DNA of 64,000 bases, taken from positions 16,430,001-16,494,000 of the forward strand of contig JANJGN010000034.1 of assembly GCA_026770705.1 (NCBI GenBank), given 5' to 3'. Below, piece after piece: positions 11,142 to 24,180 of the stretch. The notes under the pieces were generated by a model that was given only the letters and a program-made list of their open reading frames with translations, was not told where the DNA came from and did not search any database. Each line of letters opens with the position of its first letter. The first letter of the stretch is position 1. A program made the position numbers and the translations under genes. This DNA is from Isurus oxyrinchus (taxonomy: Eukaryota).

Positions 11142-11674
11142 NNNNNNNNNNNNNNNNNNNNNNNNNNNNNNNNNNNNNNNNNNNNNNNNNNNNNNNNNNN
11201 NNNNNNNNNNNNNNNNNNNNNNNNNNNNNNNNNNNNNNNNNNNNNNNNNNNNNNNNNNNNNNNNNNNNNNNNNNNNNNNNNNNNNNNNNNNNCTACAGAT
11301 AGCTATGAGGAATGGGCACAATGCCACCTTGTTTGTTGGGTTAACATGGCAGCCAGCCTCAGGGTGAGGTTTATGTTCTGTGTTTGTTACCCAACTCTTT
11401 GACACGAATATCTTCAACAAGAAACATTTCCACTGCAGGGTACACAGGGAGTGTGTGGAGACAAGAGCTCCTGCAGCATTCATGGGCCTTACTGAACCGA
11501 GTTGTTTCTGTGAAGGAAGGGGAGAGACACCAAACAGTTGCTGCCAAGAGTTGTCCTTGCCCCTTGATACTGCAATTTCCCATTATATCCAACTGTAAAA
11601 CAATTGGATCTTTCCTCTCCACACACATCCCAGCATTGTGTACTTGTCACATGTTCCCATAGGAAATGGGGGTG

Positions 11675-12000
11675 GCTGGAGGAGGCCATTCAGCCCCTCG
11701 AGCCTGCTTCCCTATTATATGTGATCATGGCTGACCTTCTACCTCACTCCACCTTCCCCCCCCCCCCCCCCCCCCCCCCCACCCCCCCTCTCCCTCAGTG
11801 CCCCAAAATCCATTGATCCCAGGCTTAAATAGACTCAACCACTGAGCGTCCGCATCCCTCTGGGGTAGAGAATTCACAGCCCCCCCCCCTCCCACTGAAG
11901 AAACCTCCCCTCATCTCAGTCCGAAATGGCCGGCCCCTTCTCCTGAGACCGTGACCCAGCCCCGCCTTCCCTCTCTCTAGGCTCTCCAGCCGGGGCAGAG
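11675..12000 (-). mobile_element. CR1 3'-end fragment
   Basis: GGAGGCCATTCAGCCCCTCGAGCCTG terminus; minus-strand translation GRPFRTEMR. Confidence 0.7.
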
Positions 12001-13184
12001 GAGGGGTTAAAAAAAGGACCTCTTCCCACCTGCCCTGCTGAGCCTCCTCAGGATCAGTTGAGACTGGCCCAAAAAAACCCCATGAGCTTAAGAGGGAGAA
12101 ATAATATGGACCTGATCGAGCAGGTTGGTTGAGAGTCGACAGCAGGAGATTAAAGGCTCTTTGCTTCCAATTCTCAGTAAGCACCTACCTGACCAGAGCT
12201 GATTCATCCCAGGGCTTCACTTAATCAGCAGCAGAGACATATTTTTGGAGGAGGGCCAACCCAGTTTGCAGTGGGTCTCCTACTCACCTGCTGTGGTGAG
12301 ATGGTGAGATTGTTCAGTCTTGTTGGAACTGGTTCAGCAGAGTCACTCCTTGAATGCTCTTTGCATACAATTCCAGCAGTTTGCAAACGGTAAAAGGTTA
12401 GCTATCCTGGTGCGTATCAAGTGTTTGCTGGGTAACACACAAGCTGTTGCGAGCGTTCAGATTTGCACGGAATAAATAACGACGCTGGCAGAGGTGTGGG
12501 ATTATAAAATTCTCCAACGACCTTAATTGAAATATGTTTCTAAATCGCGAGGGTGTGAACAGCAGACTGACAGCTGATGGACAGGCAGGTAACATCACAC
12601 TGAACACATCAAGGCAAACAGTTCAGGAGTGTCCGCATCTTTTAAGTACCCTGCAAGGCTGAATGCCCCCAATTCAGTTCATGTTTTACCTTTTAAAATA
12701 TAGAACAACTGGTCTGTTTTATCCAGCTGCCTGTCATACTCTAACCTATGAGAACAAAGCTTTGCACATCTAGTTGTCTGGATGATGCTCACAAATCTAA
12801 ATCTTGCACAGTCCCCGGCCTTGCCACATGTCGACCATCTCTTTAACCCACAGATAAATTAATGGTCTCTATCGCCCAGGTCTTTAACACAACTGGGAGA
12901 CTACAGGAGTACGTGGTTGCTGAACGATATTCCACTAGTCCCTGTTCACACCTGAAGCACTGATCAGACACCCAGGGGAAAAGATATAACTTCTGACGCA
13001 TTGCCCAACCTTCAACTGTGCGGCAAGGGAAAAGGTAAGGTACGCCTTTCTTACACCCCCTCTATGCAGCACTAAAGAAGCTTGGCACCACCTGTGGCGA
13101 ACAGGAACTGGTCACTCCCTGCAAGGTCAGCTCCATGAGCGGTCAAGGGTGATGTCACCCTCTCATGGACAGACCTTTGCTTTT

Positions 13185-14040
13185 ATCCATTCACGGGGAT
13201 GTGGGCTTCGCTGGCTGGGCCAATATTTATTACCACCCCTAATTGCCCCTTGAGAAGGTGGTGGTGAGCTGCTTCCTTGAACCGCTGCAGTCCATGCGGT
13301 GTAGGTACACCCAAAGTGCTGTCAGGGAGGGAGCTGCAGGATTTTGACCCAGCGACAGTGAAGGAACGGCCGATAGATTTCCAAGTCAGAATGGCATGTG
13401 GCTTGGAAGGGAAATGCCAGGTGGTGGTGTTCCCATCTATCTTGTTCTTCTAGATGGTAGAGGTCGTGGGTTTGGAAGGCGCTGCCTTAGGAGCCTTGGT
13501 GAGTTGCTGCAGTGCATCTTGTAGATGGTACACACACTGCTGCTACTGTGTGTCGGTGGTGGAGGGAGTGAATGTTTGTGGATGTGGTGCCAATCAAGCG
13601 GGGCTGCTTTGTCCTGGATGGTGTCGAGCTTCTTGAGTGTTGTGGGAGCTGCACTCATCCAGGCAAGTGGAGAGTATTCCATCACACTCCTGACTTGTGC
13701 CTTGTAGATGGTGGACAGGCTTTGGGGAGTCAGGGGGTGAGTTATTCATCACAGGATTCCCAGCCTCTGACCTGGTCTTGTAGCCACAGTATTTATATGA
13801 CTACTCCAGTTCAGTTTCTGGTCAATGGTAGCACCCCAGGGTGTTGATAGTGGGGGATTCAGTGATGGTAATGCCATTGAATGTCAAGGGGTGATGGTTG
13901 GATTCACTATTGATGGAGATGGACACTTGTGTGGCACGAATGTTACTTGCCACTTGTCAATCCAAGCCTGGATATTGTCCAGATCTTGCTGCATTTGGAC
14001 ATGGACTGCTTCAGTATCTGAGGAGTTGCGAAAGGGGCTG
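13185..14040 (-). mobile_element. 5'-truncated HER1-like LINE
   Basis: Translations MQQDLDNIQAWIDKWQVTF and MEYSPLAWMSAAPTTLKKLDTIQDKA, plus the shared 3' tail. Confidence 0.88.
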
Positions 14041-14654
14041 AAAATTTTCCAAATTCCCTTTTTGACAGTGACAAGGTCCCCAAACATTCCACGTAGTTGA
14101 TAAGCATCACACAGCTGCTTCTTCACACTGTTTCAAGGCTTCTCACTCCCCTGACCACCAGGATAATCACATGAAAAAAGATGTTTCAAGATTCCCTCAA
14201 TGAGGTCCATTGTATTAGTAGCATGATGATATTAGATACTACTACCATTGGCATACTTCCAGCTCTCTGATGAGTGCACGTTCTTGGTCATTATACTGAG
14301 TGTATCTTTCCTACAGGAATTATTTGCATGTATGATGTCAAACTGCTTCAGATACCAATTGGCCACAACTATTTATTCATTACCGCAACCCTAATGATTC
14401 CCACAAGGAGGAAGTCAGCAAATTCAATACAGTCCAATTTGACTTCACCCCATCATCACTTATGTACATCATCACACCGTGATAAACATAAGTAATCAGA
14501 CAAAAGTTAATCAGTTACATTGTTATTTCAGGCTCCTCAGTCCATTTAGTGGTGGCAAATAAGATCACCCTCAGCACTGAGTCAGGAAGTAGTGGGTGTA
14601 AGACTCCATCGCAAAAACTGGAGACCCATAATCCAGACCTGACCGTCGTGTCTC

Positions 14655-17600
14655 CAGTACTGAGGGAGTGACGCACAGTCGGAGGGTCAGTCCTGAGGGA
14701 GTGCTGCACGGTCAGAGGGTCAGTACTGAGGGAGTGCTGCATTGTCGGAGGGTCAGTACTAAGGGAGTGCTGCACTGTCGGAGGGTCAGCACTGAGGGAG
14801 TGCTGCACTGTCGGAGGGCCAGTACTGAGGGAGTGCTGCACTGTTGGAGGGTCAGTACTGAGGGAGTGATGCACTGTCGGAGGGTCAGTATTGAGGGAGC
14901 ACTGCACTGTTGAAGCGTCAGTACTGAGGGAGTGCTGCACTGTCAGAGGGTCAGTACTGAGGGAGCACTGCACTGTCGGAGGGTCAGTACTGAGGGAGTG
15001 CTGCACTGTCAGAGGGTCAGTACTGAGGGAGTGCTGCACTGTCGGAGGGTCAGTACTGAGGGAGTGCTGCACTGTCGGAGGGTCAGTACTGAGGGCGTGA
15101 TGCACTGTCGGAGGGTCAGTATTGAGGGAGCACTGCACTGTCGGAGGCTCAGTACTGAGGGAGTGCTGCACTGTCAGAGGTTCAGTACTGAGGGAGTGTT
15201 GTACTGTCAGAGGGTCAGTACTGAGGGAGCGCTGCACTGTCGGAGGGTCAGTACTGAGGGAGTGCTGTACTGTCGGAGGGTCAGTACTGAGGGAGGGCTG
15301 CACTGTTGAAAGGTCAGTACTGAGGGAGCCCTGCACTGTTAGAGGGTCAGTACTGAGGGAGTGCTGTACTGTCGGAGGGTCAGTACTGAGGGAGGGCTGC
15401 ACTGTTGGAACGTCAGAACTGAGGATGTGCTGCACTGTCAGAGGGTCAGTACTGAGGGAGCGCTGCACTGTCAGAGGGTCAGTACTGAGGGAGTGCTGCA
15501 CTGTCGGTGGTTCAGTACTGAGGGAGTGCTGCACTGTTAGAGGGTCAGTACTGAGGGAGCGCTGCACTGTCAGAGGGTCAGTACTGAGGGAGGGCTGCGA
15601 TGTCAGAGGGTCAGTACTGACGGAGTGCTGCACTGTCGGAGGGTCAGTACTGAGGGAGTGCTGTACTGTCGGAGGGTCAGTACTGAGGGAGGGCTGCACT
15701 GTTGAAAGGTCAGTACTGAGGGAGCCCTGCACTGTCAGAGGGTCAGTACTGAGGGAGTGCTGTACTGTCGGAGGGTCAGTACTGAGGGAGGGCTGCACTG
15801 TTGGAACGTCAGAACTGAGGATGTGCTGCACAGTCAGAGGGTCAGTACTGAGGGAGCGCTGCACTGTCAGAGGGTCAGTACTGAGGGAGTGCTGCACTGT
15901 CAGAGGGTCAGTACTGACGGAGTGCTGCACTGTCAGAGGGTCAGTACTGAGGGAGTGCTGCACTGTCGGAGGGTCAGTACTGAGGGAATGTTGCACTGTC
16001 AGAGAGTCAGTGCTGAGGGAGTGCTGCCCTGTCAGAGAGTCAGTACTGAGGGAGTGCAGCACTGTCAGAGGGTTATTACTGAGGGAGCACTGCACTGTCG
16101 GAGTGTTATTACTGAGGGAGCGCTGCACTGTCGGAGGGTTATTACTGAGGGAGCGCTGCACTGTCAGAGGGTTATTACTGAGGGAGTGCTGCATTGTCGG
16201 AGGGTTATTACTGAGGGAGCGCTGCACTGTCGGAGGGTTATTACTGAGGGAGCGCTGCACTGTTGGAGGGTTATTACTGAGGGAGTGCTGCACTGTCGGA
16301 GGGTCAGTATTGAGGGAGCACTGCACTGTTGGAGGGTCAGTACTGAGGGAGCGCTGCACGGTCGTAGGGTCAGTACTGAGGGAGTGCTGCACTGTCGTAG
16401 GGTCAGTACTGAGAGAGTGCTGCACTGTCAGAGGGTCAGTACTGAGGGAGTGTTGTACTGTCAGAGGGTCAGTACTGAGGGAGTGCTGCACTGTTGAAAG
16501 GTCAGTACTGAGGGAGCGCTGCACTGTCAGAGGGTCAGTACTGAGGGAGTGCTGTACTGTCGGAGGGTCAGTACTGAGGGAGGGCTGCACTGTTGGAACG
16601 TCAGAACTGAGGATGTGCTGCACTGTCAGAGGGTCAGTACTGAGGGAGCGCTGCACTGTCAGAGGGTCAGTACTGAGGGAGTGCTGCGCTGTCGGTGGTT
16701 CAGTACTGAGGGAGTGCTGCACTGTTAGAGGTTCAGTACTGAGGGAGTGCTGCACTGTCAGAGGGTCAGTACTGAGGGAGTGCTGCGATGTCAGAGGGTC
16801 AGTACTGAGGGAGTGCTGCACTTTCGGAGGGTCAGTATTGAGGGAGCGCTGCACTGTCAGAGGGTCAGTACTGAGGGAGTGCTGCACTGTCGTAGGGTCA
16901 GTACTGAGGGATTGCTGCACTGTCGTAGGGTCAGTATTGAGGGAGTGCTGCACTGTTGAAGCGTCAGTACTGAGGGAGTGCTGCACTGTCAGAGGGTCAG
17001 TTCTGAGGGAGCGCTGCACTGTCAGAGGGTCAGTACTGAGGGAGTGCTGCACTGTCGTAGCGGCAGTACAGAGGGAGTGCTGCACTGTCGTAGGGTCAGT
17101 CCTGAGGGAGTGCTGCACTGTTGAAGGGTCAGTACTGAGGGAGTGCTGCCCTGTCAGAGGGTCAGTACTGAGGGAGTGCTGCACTGTCGGAGGGTCAGTA
17201 CTGAGGGAGTGCTGCACTGTCGGAGAGTCAGTATTGAGGGAGTGTTGTACTGTCAGAGGCTCAGTACTGAGGGAGTGCTGTACTGTCGGAAGGTCAGTAC
17301 TGAGGGAGGGCTGCACTGTTGGAACGTCAGAACTGAGGATGTGCTGCACTGTCAGAGGGTCAGTACTGAGGGAGCGCTGCACTGTCAGAGGGTCAGTACT
17401 GAGGGAGTGTTGTACTGTCAGAGGGTCAGTACTGAGGGAGGGCTGCACTGTTGAAAGTTCAGTACTGAGGGAGCGCTGCACTGTCAGAGGGTCAGTACTG
17501 AGGGTGTGCTGTACTGTCGGAGTGTCAGTACTGAGGGAGGGCTGCACTGTTGGAACGTCAGAACTGAGGATGTGCTGCACTGTCAGAGGGTCAGTACTGA

Positions 17601-18858
17601 GGGAGCGCTGCACTGTCAGAGGGTCAGTACTGAGGGAGTGCTGCACTGTCGGTGGTTCAGTACTGAGGGAGTGCTGCATGTCAGAGGGTCAGTACTGAGG
17701 GAGTGCTGCACTGTCAGAAGGTCAGTACTGAGGGAGTGCTGCGATGTCAGAGGGTCAGTACTGACGGAATGCTGCACTGTCGGAGGGGCAGTATTGAGGG
17801 AGCACTGCACTGTCGGAGGGTCAGTACTGAGGGATTGCTGCACTGTCGTAGGGTCAGTATTGAGGGAGTGCTGCACTGTTGAAGCGTCAGTACTGAGAGA
17901 GTGCTGCACTGTCAGAGGGTCAGTACTGAGGGAGCACTGCACTGTCAGAGTGTCAGTACTGAGGGAGTGCTGCACTGTCGTAGGGTCAGTACTGAGGGAG
18001 TGCTGCACTGTCGTAGGGTCAGTACTGAGGGAGTGCTGCACTGTTGAAGGGTCAGTACTGAGGGACTGCTGCACTGTCAGAGGGTCAGTACTGAGGGATT
18101 GCTGCACTGTCGAAGGGTCAGTACTGAGGGAGTGCTGTACTGTCAGAGGGTCAGTACTGAGGGAGGGCTGCACTGTTGAAAGGTCAGTACTGAGGGAGGG
18201 CTGCACTGTCAGAGGGTCAGTACTGAGGGAGTGCTCTACTGTCGGAGGGTCAGTACTGAGTGAGGGCTGCACTGTTGGAACGTCAGAACTGAGGATGTGC
18301 TGCACAGTCAGAGGGTCAGTATTGAGGGAGCGCTGCACTGTCAGAGGGTCAGTACTGAGGGAGTGCTGCACTGTCGGTGGTTCAGTACTGAGGGAGTGCT
18401 GCACTGTCAGAGGGTCAGTACTGAGGGAGTGCTGCACTGTTGGTGGTTCAGTACTGAGGGAGTGCTGCACTGTCAGAGGCTCAGTACTGAGGGAGTGCTG
18501 CACTGTCGTAGGGTCAGTACTGAGGGAGTGCTGCACTGTCGGAGGGTCAGTATTGAGGGAGCGCTGCACTGTCGGAGGGTCTATACTGAGGGAGTGCTGC
18601 ACTGTCGTAGGGTCAGTACTGAGGGAGTGCTGCACTGTCAGACGGTCAGTACTGAGGGAGCGCTGCACTGTTAGAGGGTCAGTACTGAGGGAGTGCTACA
18701 CTGTTGTAGGGTCAGTACTGAGGGAGTGCTGCACTGTCGTAGGGTCAGTACTGAGGGAGTGCTGCACTGTTGAATCTTCAGTACTGAGGGATTGCTGCAC
18801 TGTCAGAGGATCAGTACTGAGGGAGTGCTGCACTGTCAGAGGGTCAGTACTGAGGGAG
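14655..18858 (+). repeat. 33-bp minisatellite (GTCAGTACTGAGGGAGTGCTGCACTGTCGGAGG), ~127 copies, preceded by a degenerate SINE head (14575-14655)
   Basis: 11-residue periodicity in the ORF track; recurrent variant units; the upstream flank resembles the flanks of the arrays at 30655 and 33220. Confidence 0.95.
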
Positions 18859-19544
18859 ATCTGCACACACAGAAAGCTGCTTTCTGGCATATCTGGCCTT
18901 CTCTTTGAATTTAAATTCTCATTGTATCACCAGGTCTTTTGAACTCCCAGCTCTTCGAACAATAAAACCTCTTTCCAGGCACCAATCTTATGAGTAATTT
19001 AAACATTGCTTGGTCTCTGCTAACTGTGTGCTAGATTTCACTCCCACTCTTGAATGATCTATTCAACAAAATGGAAATGTACCACGGTCCCTGTTTACAT
19101 CTCGAAACGACTACTCACCAGATCTCCCAGGTGCGCTGACCTTAATCCCACACATTAGACCTCCGTTTAAAACAAAGTAGTTCCAATAACATTACATAGC
19201 TTAAAATCTCCATCCATGATGAGTACATCAACACCAAGATCATTGCTTTGAGAGTGACTAAGTGTTCAGAATGCTGAGTCACAAGGATGGGGGAGAAACT
19301 GCTGCGACATGTCCCAAGCAGGCTTAACAGCAGCAATGAGCGGGTTGTGGTAAATGCTTAGGGGCAATTGGCAACTGGCAATAAAGGGTGACATTGCCAG
19401 TGGTGCTCACATCGCCAGACTGAATAACTAATATAATTAAAACTTCATTGCAATGGGGAGACTCCATCGGACCTGTTATCATCAACAACTGCATCCTCAA
19501 TCATTGTGACAAAATCTTGTGATTTAAATATGAAATCTAATCCA

Positions 19545-19890
19545 CAGAAACTGGCCATTCGGCCCTTCTGCTCTGTGCCGGTATTTCTGCTCCACACGAG
19601 CCTCGTCCCACCCCCTCTCTATCTCACCCCATCACCCTATCCTTCTCTTCCTCTCTCCCTCATGTGTTTATCCAGCTTCCCCCTTAAATACATCGACACT
19701 ATTCACCTCGACCACTCCCTGTGGGAGCGAGTTCCACATTCTCCCCACTCTCTGGGTAAAGAGGTTTCTCCTGAATTCCCCATTGGATTTATTCGTGGTG
19801 ATCTTATATCAATGGCCCCTGGTTCTGGTCTCCCCCCAACAAATGGAAACATCTTCTCTACATCTACCTGATCGAAACCCTTTCATCATT
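19545..19890 (-). mobile_element. CR1 3'-end fragment
   Basis: GGCCATTCGGCCC terminus; homologous to 5700-5975. Confidence 0.7.
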
Positions 19891-19894
19891 TCTT

Positions 19895-20518
19895 TTCATT
19901 CATTCATGAGATGTGGGCGTCGCTGGCTGGGCCCAGCATTTATTGCCCATCCCTAGTTGCCCCTGGAGAAGGTGGTGATGAGCTGCCTTCTTGAACCGCT
20001 GCAGTCCCTGTGGTGTAGGTACACCCACTGTGCTGTTAGGAAGGGAGTTCCAGGATTTTGACCCAGCGACAGTGAAGGAACGGCCGATATATTTCCAAGT
20101 CAGGATGGTGAGTGACTTGGAGGGGAACTTCCAGGTGGTGGTGTTCCCATGTGTCTGCTGCCCTTGTCCTTCTAGATGGTAGTGGTTGTGGGTTTGGAAG
20201 GTGCTGTCTAAGGAGCCTTGGTGAGTTGCTGCAGTGCATCTTGTAGATGGTACACACACTGCTGCTACTGTGCGTCGGTGGTGGAGGGAGTGAATGTTTG
20301 TGGATGGGGTGCCAATCAAGCAGGGATGCTTTGTCCTGGATGGTGTTGAGCTTCTTGAGTGTTGTGGGAGCTGCACTCATCCAGGCAAGTGGGGAGTATT
20401 CCATCACACTCCTGACTTGTGCCTTGTAGATGGTGGACAGGCTTTGGGGAGTCAGGAGGTGAGTTACTCACCGCAGGATTCCCAGCCTCTGACCTGCTCT
20501 TGTAGCCACAGTATTTAT
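19895..20518 (-). mobile_element. 5'-truncated HER1-like LINE
   Basis: MEYSPLAWMSAAPTTLKKL..; tail CATTCATTCATGAGATGTGGGCGTCGCTGG on the + strand. Confidence 0.88.
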
Positions 20519-20539
20519 TTCTGATCAATGCTAATCCCA

Positions 20540-21113
20540 ATCTAACCCCGTGCTTTATGGAGACAGTGTAGAGGGAGCTTTACTCTGTATTTAACCCCGT
20601 GCCGTACCTATCCTGGGAGTGTTTGATGGGGACGGTGTAGAGGGAGCTTTACTGTGTACCTAACCCCATGCTGTACCTGTCCTGGGAGTGTTTGTTGGGG
20701 ACAGTGTAGAGGGAGTTTTACTCTGTATCTAACCCCGTGCTGTACCTGTCCTGGGAGTGTTTGATGGGGACGGTGTAGAGGGACCTTTACTCTGTTTCTA
20801 ACCCCGTGCTGTACCTGTCCTGGGAGTGTTTGATGGGGACAGTGTAGAGGGAGCTTTACTCTGTATCTAACCCCGTGCTGTACCTGTCCTGGGAGTGTTT
20901 GATGGGGACAGTGTAGAGGCAGCTTTACTCTGTACCTTTCCCCATGCTGTACCTGTCCTGGGAGTGTTTGATGGGGACAGTGTAGAGGGAGCTTTACTCT
21001 GTATCTAACCCCGTGCTGTACCTGTCCTGGGAGTGTTTGATGGTGACAGTGTAGAAGGAGCTTTACTCTATATCTAACACCGTGCTGTACCTGTCCTGGG
21101 AGTGCTTGATGGT
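20540..21113 (-). repeat. 69-bp minisatellite, ~8 copies
   Basis: Unit CTCCCTCTACACTGTCCCCATCAAACACTCCCAGGACAGGTACAGCACGGGGTTAGATACAGAGTAAAG on the minus strand; 23-residue periodicity. Confidence 0.95.
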
Positions 21114-21299
21114 GAAATAAATGTTTTCCGATGTGTCTAACGCAGAGACTGGAATGAAGATATAAGCTGGGATCAGAATTGGAAATTTGCCACATAATTA
21201 TTTCGGGATGGAGGGCCGCTGCAGCTTTAGAGGCATTGGGGAGGATTCAAACCACTTCCATCAATTCTGTTTGACAGATTGGAAAGCAACAGTTCACTG

Positions 21300-21531
21300 A
21301 GGGGTGAAAGCGTTAACTTCAGTGAACTGGACTGTGGGGAGCGCATGAACCACGCCTCCGATTTTCTGATTAGCTGTAACATCCGCATTTTGGCTCTAGT
21401 CTGGAATGTGGTGTTGAAACTTGGATATTATTTTCTGATTCTCAGAGTTTCTGTTAGGGCTGGGAGTGCTCTTCTGTCTGCGTGTGCATTGCTCTCACTC
21501 TCTCTGCAATGTGGTATTCCCAGTTCTCAGG
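21300..21531 (+). promoter_or_regulatory. Candidate promoter/non-coding first exon of the B7-family gene
   Basis: Unique island ending in a consensus donor AGG|GTAAGT (21531/21532), followed by IRF-like AGTTTCTCTCACTTTC and further AGTTTC motifs. The ATG exon at 24180 has an acceptor and therefore needs an upstream exon. The start coordinate is approximate. Confidence 0.4.
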
Positions 21532-21812
21532 GTAAGTTTCTCTCACTTTCCAGTCCAGGGTTTCCTGCATAAAAACAGCTTCACTGCTCAGGAGTTTCAG
21601 CTGTTGAGCCAGTTTCACANNNNNNNNNNNNNNNNNNNNNNNNNNNNNNNNNNNNNNNNNNNNNNNNNNNNNNNNNNNNNNNNNNNNNNNNNNNNNNNNN
21701 NNNNNNNNNNNNNNNNNNNNNNNNNNNNNNNNNNNNNNNNNNNNNNNNNNNNNNNNNNNNNNNNNNNNNNNNNNNNNNNNNNNNNNNNNNNNNNNNNNNN
21801 NNNNNNNNNNNN

Positions 21813-22047
21813 CTCTCTGTTTCTCCCACTATCTCTCTCTCTCTATCTGTCCCTCTGCCTCTGTCTCTCTCTCTCTGTCTGAGTCTCTCTGTCTGTCTGT
21901 CTTTTTGTCTCTATCTCTTTGTGTGTGCCTCTCTCCCTCTGTCTCTCCCTCTGTTTCTTTCCCCCTCCAACTCTGTCCCACTCTATCTGTCCCTCTGTCT
22001 CTGTCTCTCTCTCTTTTTGTCTGTCTGTCTCTCCCTCTGTCTTTCTC

Positions 22048-22085
<38 letters not shown>

Positions 22086-22820
22086 TCTCTCTCCCGTCTC
22101 TCTTTTTCTTTCCCCTGCTATCCCTGTCTCTCTCTATCTGTGTCTCTGTCGCTGTCTCGCTATCTCTCTCTTTCAATGTATCTTATTCTCTGTCTCCCTC
22201 TCAGTCTCATCTCATTCTCTCTCTGTTCCATTCCGTCCCTGCTTCTCACTCTCTATCTCTGCCACTCTCCTTTTCTAACTCTTTCTCTCCCAATTCTCCA
22301 CCTCTTTTTATCTCGACATCTCTCTCTCTCACTCTCCCTCTCCCGTTGTCTCTCTGTCTCTCACTCTCTCTCTCTGTCTCTCTCTCTCTCACTCTGTCTC
22401 TCTCTCTCTCACGTTGTCCCTCACTCTCTCTCCCTCTGTCTCTCACTCTCTCACTCTGTCTCTCTCTCACTCTCTCTCTGTCTCTCTCTCTCACTGTCTC
22501 TCTCTCTCTCGCTCTCTCACTCCTCTCTCTGTCTCTCTATGTCTCTCTATGTCTCTCTGTCTCTCTCTCTGTGTGTCTCTCTCTGTCTCTCTCTCACTCT
22601 CTCTCACTCTCTCTCTGTCTTTCTCACTCACTCTCTCTTTGTCTCTCACTCTCTCTCTGTCTCTCTCTCTCTCTGTCTCTCTGTCTCTCTCTCTCTGTCT
22701 CTCTCTCTCTCTCTCACTCTCTCTCTTTCTTCATTTCTTTTCCTCATTCACTCCTTATTTCTTGCTCAGAGTTTCTCTCTGTCTTTCTCATTGATTCTCT
22801 CTCTTTCTCTCTCTCCCTCA
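21813..22820. repeat. ~1-kb (CT)n-rich polypyrimidine tract with an internal (GT)n; follows gap 21620-21812
   Basis: Direct inspection. Confidence 0.95.
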
Positions 22821-22821
22821 A

Positions 22822-23060
22822 GAACAGGAGGAGGCTATTCAGCCCCTCGAGTCTGTTACACAGGAACAGGAGGAGGCCATTCAGCCCCTCGAGCCTGTTA
22901 CACAGGAACAGGAGGAGGCCCATTCAGCCCCTCGAGCCTGTTACACAGGAACAGGAGGAGGCCCATTCAGCCCCTCAAGCCTGTTACACAGGAACAGGAG
23001 GAGGCCCATTCAGACCCCTCGAGCCTGTTCCTCCATTCAATGGGATCTTGGCTGATCTGT
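22822..23060 (-). repeat. 42-43-bp tandem repeat (5 copies) built from a CR1 3' terminus
   Basis: GAACAGGAGGAGGCCATTCAGCCCCTCGAGCCTGTTACACAG at 22822, 22864, 22906, 22949 and 22992; the last copy continues as normal CR1 sequence (compare 43578-43650). Confidence 0.85.
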
Positions 23061-23109
23061 GAATTAATTCCACATACCCACCTTTGCCCCATATCCCTTC
23101 ATCCCTGAT

Positions 23110-23500
23110 AATGGGGGATTCAGTGATGGTAATGCCATTGAACATCAAGGTTAGATTCTTTCTTGTTGGAGATGGTCATTGCCTGACACTGGTGTGGTGT
23201 GAATGTTACTTGCCACTTGTCAGCCCAAGCCTGGATATTGTCCAGGTCTTGCAGCATTTGGACATGGACTGCTTCAGTATCTGAGGAGTCGCGAATGGTG
23301 CTGAACATTGTGCAATCATCAGCGAACACCCCGGCTTTCGATCTTGTGATGGGAGGAATGTCATTGATGGAGCAGCTGAAGGTGGTTGGGCTGAGGACAC
23401 TACCCTGAGGAACTCCTGCAACAATCATTTGGGACTGAAATAATTGACCTCTGACTACTACAGCCATTTTCCTCTGTGCTAGATATGACTCCAGCCAATT
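23110..23500 (-). mobile_element. Internal RT fragment of the HER1-like LINE
   Basis: AGVPQGSVLSP..VFADDCT. Confidence 0.85.
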
Positions 23501-24180
23501 GTCCTAGAGTTCAGCTCCACCTCAATTTACCTGATAGGCAGACTTGATATCTTGAGTTGACAAAAGCCGCAATTATAAGTAAACATTCTTTTCTCTCTCT
23601 CTCTCTCTCTTTCTCTCTTTCTCCCTCTCTCTCTCTCTCTTTCTCACTACTGGTTCCTGTTTTGATCCACTACCCACACACTTGTGCAGCAGTGGCTTTG
23701 GTTCAGGAACGGGGATGCGAGTGGGCTATCCCCCTCTCCCCCCTCCCCCGTGAACGCAGAGCAGGGAGGGGGAGAGGGGAACGGGTGTGTGCCGAGGGTG
23801 GGTGGGGTTGGGGTTGGGGTTGGGGCCGGGGCAAGTATAGGTGTTAGATTTCAGCCAGCAAAGCTGCCAGAGAGCAGGGGCTGCGATGCCCTTCGAGGTC
23901 GAAAAGTTGACTGGCTTCTTCAAAATGCAAAAATCCCAAGTTTGGGAAAAAAAAACGGGAGCACTCACAGGTTTGAAGGCGCAGTATCCTAGATTAAGAG
24001 GGTGGGGAGATTGAGGATTTGGGATTTGGGATTTGCTTGGTGGGGGGGCGGGGGGGGGGGCGGGGTGGGGGGGTGGGGGGATGTTCTGGTAGGTGCAGAG
24101 TGGAAGAGTGTCACATAAAATTGAACCATGCACTGTTTGAAACGCACACTTTAATTGGAACATTTCTCTTCTCTTTCAGG

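Noticed and set aside
14515-18942. Very long ORFs (1054, 858, 478, 350 aa), and similar ORFs at 30994-31669, 33131-34006 and 39837-41381, as mucin-like or Cys-rich proteins
   Set aside because: They are translations of a 33-bp (multiple of three) tandem repeat that is open on both strands; no splice or domain support, and the unit is SINE-derived.
20608-21195. Repetitive 195-aa ORF (and 37714-38004)
   Set aside because: Translation of the 69-bp minisatellite.
21279-21572. Hydrophobic 97-aa ORF as an N-terminal extension or TM exon of the B7 protein
   Set aside because: Splicing 21531 to 24180 puts it out of frame with the ATG at 24181 (Gly then TGA); at most a uORF.
21905-23108. Leu/Ser-rich 385-395-aa ORFs
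   Set aside because: (CT)n microsatellite translation.
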